Shown here: in pieces, positions 61,991 through 64,000 of the stretch
Layout: each line of letters opens with the position of its first letter
How positions within the stretch are numbered: position 1 is the stretch's first letter
NCBI GenBank assembly: GCA_963702095.1
Contig: OY969706.1
Location: forward strand, 672,001-736,000
Direction: 5' to 3'
Origin: Candidatus Bathyarchaeota archaeon
Lineage (GTDB): Archaea > Thermoproteota > Bathyarchaeia > Bathyarchaeales > Bathycorpusculaceae
Length of the DNA stretch: 64,000 nt
The notes under the pieces: model-generated
Told to the model about the DNA's origin: nothing
The model's input: the letters and a program-made list of their open reading frames with translations, nothing else
Database searches by the model: none
Translations under genes and position numbers: made by a program

Positions 61991-64000
61991 ATGAGAGAAA
62001 TAACCAAACTAAAACGCTCAGTAAAAGCAGTCTCACCAGTAATTTCAGTACTATTATTGATATCAATAGCTGTCGTAGCATCGCTTATCGCCTACGCCTG
62101 GGTCACAGGCTATATAGGCTTCCAAACAGACAAAGCAGGCAAACAAATACAAATACAAAGTTATGAACTTGGCAGCTCTATTATTTATGTCCAGAATACC
62201 GGCCAAGGCACTGTTCATCTAAAGCAAGATGGAAGCGTATACATTAACGACATACTAAAAACAATAAGTGAAGTGGATGGAGAGCCTCAGAAAAGTGGCA
62301 TAACTATCCCTATTGCTCCAGGGCAAACTGTAAAAGTATTAGTTAACTGTGATCCCTTAAAACCGGGCGACCGAATCAAAGTCGTAACAGTAGAAGGCAC
62401 ATCTATGGAAACCTCAGGCCACAACACTAGCAACGTATCCAATGGAAACGGAAACACCGGCGATTCAACTGCGCCAATAGTAAGCTTCAGTTTTACACCG
62501 ACAACACCTTCAATTGGAGAGACAGTTCAATTCACAGACACATCTACAGCTGGCAGTGGAAGCATCACCCATAGAACATGGAGCTTTGGCGATGGCTCAG
62601 TAACTAACGATAATCCAACCCCAACCCACGCCTATGATACAACTGGCACAAAAACAGTATCTCTAGCAGTCACCAATTCAAACGGCAAAGTAAGCACTAC
62701 TCAACAGACAATCACAATCTACGACTACGAGACGCCATCTGCAAGCTTTACCTTCACAGTAACTGGCACAAACGTTGAATTCCAAGATGCCTCAACGGCC
62801 GGCAGTGGAACCATAACACAATGGTCCTGGAGCTTTGGCACCGGTGCATCACCATCAACTAGCAACATTGCGAACCCAACGGTTTCTTACTCTAGCAATG
62901 GACAAAAAACTGTTACTTTAACAGTGACCAACTCACATGATAAGGCAGCCACAACCTCAAGAACCGTAAACATCGGCACAACAGCCGGAGGCGCTCCAAC
63001 AGCTGAATTTACAATATCAAACACTAACCCCTACCCAGGAGAAACAGTAACCTTCACCGATACATCTACAGCGGGAACCTCAGGCTCGATCAGCAGTCGA
63101 TCATGGAACTTTGGTGATGGCGGAACATCCACTGCACGAAACCCAACCCATGCATACACAACGCCAGGAGCAAAAACCGTAACCCTAACCGTTAGAGATA
63201 CCGATGGCCAAACAAGCACTGCAACACACACATTAACCGTGACTGACTATGTATCACCGATTGCAAACTTCATGTTTGACCCAGCATCCCCGATAATCAA
63301 CCAAGCAATAGCCTTCACAGATACTTCAACCGCTGGTTCGGGAACGATAAACCAGTATGCATGGACATTTGGCTCAGATGCATCACAACCAACAAGTACC
63401 GCTCGAAATCCAAACGGAATATCATACTCAACAAGCGGCGCAAAAACAGTAACATTAACCGTAACTGACTCCAACGGCAAGACAGGCACCATAACCCAAA
63501 CAATTCAAATTGGCACTTCAACAGTGGGACCAGAACCCGAGCTACTTAGCTCAAGCTTTGATGGCACAGACTGGGCAAGCGGATGGAACGATTCGCCAAA
63601 CCCCCCATGGTACCCAACAGCAACTGAAGGAAAAGACGGAACTCCAACTACAGCGGCAAAGTCCGACCCGCTCCAAAACAACGAAGGCGCATTCACCTGT
63701 AACGCCTTAGTCATTCCAGCAGGTACAAACGTCATTCACGTGAGCTTCGACTACAAGGTTCACTTCATAACAAACGGATACCTCAGACTATACTATTCGG
63801 GACTACCTAACGAAGATCAATACGACCCAACATTTACCTACACCGGTCTAAGTCTTACCGCGGCTAACACCGACAACGATGACTGGGGACACTATACCTT
63901 CGATATAACCGACCACAATGCCTTCACCAACACATTCAGATTCCGCTTCACCAGCAGTCTTTCATCAATTGACGGCGAACTTGAAACCGTAATCGTAGAC
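61991..64000 (+). CDS. Large type IV pilin-adhesin: class III signal peptide, pilin domain, four PKD domains, jelly-roll domain (3'-truncated; not in ORF track)
   Basis: Translated by hand from ATG 61991: MREITKLKRSVKA/VSPVISVLLLISIAVVASLIAYAWV; IYVQNTGQG; WSFGDG, WSFGTG, WNFGDG, WTFGSD with FTDTST and KTVTLTV; frame stays open to the window end. Confidence 0.9.
   Translation, partial: MREITKLKRSVKAVSPVISVLLLISIAVVASLIAYAWVTGYIGFQTDKAGKQIQIQSYELGSSIIYVQNTGQGTVHLKQDGSVYINDILKTISEVDGEPQKSGITIPIAPGQTVKVLVNCDPLKPGDRIKVVTVEGTSMETSGHNTSNVSNGNGNTGDSTAPIVSFSFTPTTPSIGETVQFTDTSTAGSGSITHRTWSFGDGSVTNDNPTPTHAYDTTGTKTVSLAVTNSNGKVSTTQQTITIYDYETPSASFTFTVTGTNVEFQDASTAGSGTITQWSWSFGTGASPSTSNIANPTVSYSSNGQKTVTLTVTNSHDKAATTSRTVNIGTTAGGAPTAEFTISNTNPYPGETVTFTDTSTAGTSGSISSRSWNFGDGGTSTARNPTHAYTTPGAKTVTLTVRDTDGQTSTATHTLTVTDYVSPIANFMFDPASPIINQAIAFTDTSTAGSGTINQYAWTFGSDASQPTSTARNPNGISYSTSGAKTVTLTVTDSNGKTGTITQTIQIGTSTVGPEPELLSSSFDGTDWASGWNDSPNPPWYPTATEGKDGTPTTAAKSDPLQNNEGAFTCNALVIPAGTNVIHVSFDYKVHFITNGYLRLYYSGLPNEDQYDPTFTYTGLSLTAANTDNDDWGHYTFDITDHNAFTNTFRFRFTSSLSSIDGELETVIVD

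Noticed and set aside
62990-63735. Minus-strand ORFs 63031..63231, 63247..63492 and 63505..63735
   Set aside because: Antisense shadows of the long pilin-PKD ORF starting at 61991.

Overview
Archaeal chromosomal segment, probably TACK lineage and most likely Bathyarchaeia (inferred from the unsplit RNA polymerase A'/A'' gene and the overall gene repertoire). 1-12.9 kb is GC-richer core DNA: rpoA-rpl30e-nusA, a PQQ-type beta-propeller surface protein, a coupled three-gene SMC/kleisin/kite operon with Smc5/6-Nse4-Nse3-like motifs, a membrane-tethered wHTH regulator, a methyltransferase, nucS and ppa. From about 13 kb the DNA is visibly AT-richer and forms a cell-surface island. It contains a glycan biosynthesis cluster (GT4/GT2 enzymes, nucleotide-sugar dehydrogenase, acetyltransferase, DUF2206-like membrane protein, gmd, fcl, cupin, DegT aminotransferase, FkbM methyltransferase, frameshifted MiaB-like radical SAM) framed by two nested inverted paralog pairs. 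It also has four secreted lyase-like jelly-roll proteins, a frameshifted collagen-like protein, an inverted pair of Ig-repeat surface proteins (2 vs 7 repeats), several pseudogenes and small regulators, and two type IV pilins fused to Ig/PKD domains; the last pilin runs off the window and is absent from the ORF track. No tRNA, rRNA, CRISPR array, integrase or transposase was recognised. Best leads: the minimal Smc5/6-like operon, directional A/C-versus-G/T synonymous recoding between two paralogs next to a 373-bp identical tract, and the mirror-symmetric glycan island. All family calls come from motif recognition by eye, not from database searches.
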